39,553 bases of DNA, from assembly GCA_032718475.1 (NCBI GenBank), contig JAUCBJ010003825.1:1-39553 (forward strand), written 5' to 3'. The DNA is from Nemertoderma westbladi (lineage: Eukaryota; Animalia; Xenacoelomorpha). Both the position numbers and the translations under genes were made by a program. Of this stretch, positions 37,001-39,553 are shown one piece after another. The notes beneath the pieces were generated by a model. It was not told the DNA's origin. It made no database searches and worked only from the letters and a program-made list of their open reading frames with translations. The first letter of the stretch is position 1. Every line of letters starts with the position of its first letter.

Positions 37001-37180
37001 ATTGAGCGAATTCAGAAATTGAAACAACCTCTGACAGAGGATGAGATTGATCAAGCGGAATTAAAGCATTTGAAGCATTATCAAATGTGTGCCTTCCCAA
37101 ATGAATTCCATCTATTATCGGCTCAATGACCAGTTCTCTATAAACCCCTTAGAAAATGGAGTCCATTAATCCATAAGGGT
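34081..37180 (+). pseudogene. BEL/Pao pol (protease C-terminal part, RT, RNase H), disrupted
   Basis: RTILGW; YYLPHH..KPDKVRVV.DCAA; DIEAMFHQV; NFYMDD; LFDPM; LHLFSDAS; AELQAA; YWTDAS; WRHCPGVLNPADITSRG; several stops and frameshifts. Confidence 0.92.
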
Positions 37181-38458
37181 TTGATTTGTCATAGATCGAG
37201 AATCCAGACTGTCGACATAAACTCACAGTTCAGGTTCCCAGTGATAATCCCTAGTCACCCAATAGAATTGCAAAGAGCGATTCTATGGGATATACACAAG
37301 AGGTTGCATCACGCGGGAAAGTTACACTGTTTGTCGGCAGCGAGACAGCGATTCATTCTATTGCAGCCAAGCAGGGCAGTGGGTACTATGTACGACGCCT
37401 GTCTGGTTTGCAAGAGGGTGAACGCCAGAGTATTGGAACAGGAGATGGCTGAACTCCCGGAAGCGAGAGTGCAGGCATATGACCCACCCTTTACGAATAC
37501 AGGGGTGGATTGTTTTGGTCCGATTGAGGCAAAGAGTGGACGGCTGACCCACAAGCGATGGGGCCTGCTACTGACATGTATGGCTAGTAGAGCCATACAT
37601 ATCGAGTGTGTGGCAGACATGTCGACCAAATCTCTGCTCCTGGCCTTAAAGAGATTTATGGCCAGGAGAGGACTAGTAAAGGTGTTCCACTCTGATAAGG
37701 GTACAAACTTTGTCGGAGGGAACAGCGAGTTAAACGCGGCTCACAAAGCAGCACAGAATAAAGAAATTTCTGCAGCACTTTTGCCGCAAAGAGTAGAATG
37801 GAGATTTAATACTCCAGAAAGTCCTTGGAGAGGAGGAAGTTGGGAGCGTTTAGTTCGTTCCATAAAGCAGGCCATTGCTAAGACATTGCCTGTAAACAAA
37901 CAACTTACCGACGACGAACTGGTCACAGCTTTCATCGAAATCGAGCATACCCTGAACTCGAGGCCGATAGCTATGTTGCCAGACGGTGTTGCATTAACGC
38001 CGAATCATTTGCTAATGCAGAGTCCAGCATTTCTTGTGCCGGCATCAGAACCCATTAGTGCCGACCTGTATAGTCGTAGGAGCTGGAAAGTGACTCAATT
38101 TGTGGCGTACACATTCTGGGAATATTGGCGGGAATACTATCTTCCCACCATATCCACCAGAACAAAGTGGTACAAAACGGTTCGGAGCCTCCAAAGAGGA
38201 GACTATGTATTGATAACCGAACCAATTGTCAAGAGAAAGTACTGGGAGACGGGAGTTATCTTGCACATACACCCAGACGCGCAAAATATAGTGCGCACAG
38301 TCACTGTGAAAATTAGGTGCAAGTGTCCGCACCCAAAGAAGTGTAAAACTAATGGTTTACACACCTTGGACCGACCGGTCCAAGATATTGTGTTATTAGA
38401 AGAGACACGCATCGAGACAGGAGATTATAATTTGTCTCCTGCCTCAAATAAAAATTAG
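37181..38458 (+). CDS. BEL/Pao integrase domain (intact segment of a disrupted polyprotein)
   Basis: HHCC (HKRLHH..CLVC), GVDCFGP, FHSDKGTNF, GGSWERLV, LNSRP, LTPNHLL, FWEYWREYYLP..KW (DUF5641-like). Confidence 0.9.
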   Translation: MICHRSRIQTVDINSQFRFPVIIPSHPIELQRAILWDIHKRLHHAGKLHCLSAARQRFILLQPSRAVGTMYDACLVCKRVNARVLEQEMAELPEARVQAYDPPFTNTGVDCFGPIEAKSGRLTHKRWGLLLTCMASRAIHIECVADMSTKSLLLALKRFMARRGLVKVFHSDKGTNFVGGNSELNAAHKAAQNKEISAALLPQRVEWRFNTPESPWRGGSWERLVRSIKQAIAKTLPVNKQLTDDELVTAFIEIEHTLNSRPIAMLPDGVALTPNHLLMQSPAFLVPASEPISADLYSRRSWKVTQFVAYTFWEYWREYYLPTISTRTKWYKTVRSLQRGDYVLITEPIVKRKYWETGVILHIHPDAQNIVRTVTVKIRCKCPHPKKCKTNGLHTLDRPVQDIVLLEETRIETGDYNLSPASNKN

Positions 38459-39226
38459 TGTTGGACGCAACTCACTTCGTATGCATTCCTCGTATGCAAA
38501 TACTAGGAAATGCATAGGAGCGGGTTTGCGGTGATTTGCGTTGAGTTTTGTCTGGTGGGTATCAAAACAAAATTTTATTTTCAAAATTTTTGGAAAATTA
38601 AATAATTTAAAAAATTAGAAGTGAACCCAAGATAATTCCAGACGCTGTATATAGACGCGTTTTAGAATTCGTCTATAGATAAACAGTAATTTGAAAAGTC
38701 GTGAAGCCTGGAAAATAGCATTTAGAAACCATGGTGACGGCTATATTACGTAGGAGTGTAAATTGAGTTTAGCAACTTCCACAGATTGGTGCCAACAGTA
38801 CAACTAAGGTGCTAAAGGTTAGTAGCACCAGGGCGTACACGGACCCCACTCAGTAGTTTTGCAGTGAAGTGTGATGTTCGATTATCAAACCTGTGGGTTT
38901 GGTATAGTCGAGCATTGAGACTATTGTCCTTTCTAACTACTGTAGTTTAGTACAAGTAATGGGAGCAGTTTGGGCATCAAAAAGTGAGTTGGTCACGGCC
39001 AGTTTATCTCCAAAGTTTTGCGCTATGCATGGGAATAGGTTAGAGGATAGCTAGGAATGAGACGGGAGAGTCGAACCTGAACTGCTGGAAGGCGGGGGGG
39101 GGGGGGGGGGGGGGGGGGGGGCTCAGGAGGTCTGTCCTTCGGCGACATCTAACTGATTTACCCACAGTGTAATTAGTTACGTAACGGAACCTATTGGAAT
39201 ATATATATGTATATACGCGGACTGTA

Positions 39227-39553
39227 ATGGAGAAGGGAATTAGAGCCCAACCGCGGAGAGGATTTACTGCCAGAGAGGAGGCGGAGCTGCCATTTGCCCG
39301 AACGGGATTTAAGGATTCGAATGTTTACTATCATGGAAGGTCGGTAATGGAGCTAAATGGGAAGTATAAACCCGCTTACGATAAAGAATTAAGGAGGGAA
39401 AGAATGAGAGCATTGGGGGACCGTATGGAAGTTTTGCGGAAGGAGTATCGCACTCGGTATCCCTACGATTTCGCATTAGACGTATGCGACATTAGTGCAG
39501 ACCCGGACGAGGAGATTGCGCGGCTGTACCATATGAACATGTATTTACGACAT
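39227..39553 (+). CDS. Putative accessory ORF downstream of integrase, open to the window edge, function unknown
   Basis: 109 stop-free codons: MEKGIRAQPRRGFTAREEAELPFARTGFKDSNVYYHGRSVMELNGKYKPAYDKELRRERMRALGDRMEVLRKEYRTRYPYDFALDVCDISADPDEEIARLYHMNMYLRH; absent from the ORF track because it has no stop in the window. Confidence 0.55.
   Translation, partial: MEKGIRAQPRRGFTAREEAELPFARTGFKDSNVYYHGRSVMELNGKYKPAYDKELRRERMRALGDRMEVLRKEYRTRYPYDFALDVCDISADPDEEIARLYHMNMYLRH

Larger units (their letters stand above)
26833..39553 (+). mobile_element. BEL/Pao LTR retrotransposon, decayed; 5' boundary approximate, 3' LTR outside window
   Basis: Gag-PR-RT-RH-IN order with Pao-type motifs; left boundary guessed from a TGT start and the change in composition. 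Confidence 0.85.

Noticed and set aside
29648-38412. Many antisense or alternate-frame ORFs over the retroelements
   Set aside because: These are shadow ORFs of GC-richer coding DNA with no motifs.

Overview
AT-rich eukaryotic (invertebrate animal) genomic DNA, not prokaryotic. Main host feature: a complete 22-exon vitellogenin gene on the minus strand (ATG 21758, stop 5948). I assembled it by hand from GT/AG junctions with consistent phases into a 1531-aa ORF with signal peptide, lipoprotein N-terminal domain, VWD domain and Cys-rich C-terminal tail. The rest is mostly transposable elements: a decayed BEL/Pao LTR retrotransposon (~26.8 kb to the window end) interrupted by an RTE-type LINE with a 10-bp TSD, four more fragments of that LINE family, a PIF/Harbinger element with TIRs and TTA TSD just upstream of the gene, a 2-kb non-autonomous TIR element with 9-bp TSD, MITE/SINE-like repeats and many minisatellites. 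Most interesting: an extra ORF after the BEL/Pao integrase preceded by a branch point and splice acceptor; 5'-leader/3'-UTR complementarity in that element; a six-fold tandem duplication of a vitellogenin splice acceptor in which every extra copy leads to a stop codon; and LINE self-insertion at a recurrent site. No new biological system is proven; these are leads. All calls come from reading the sequence, without database searches.
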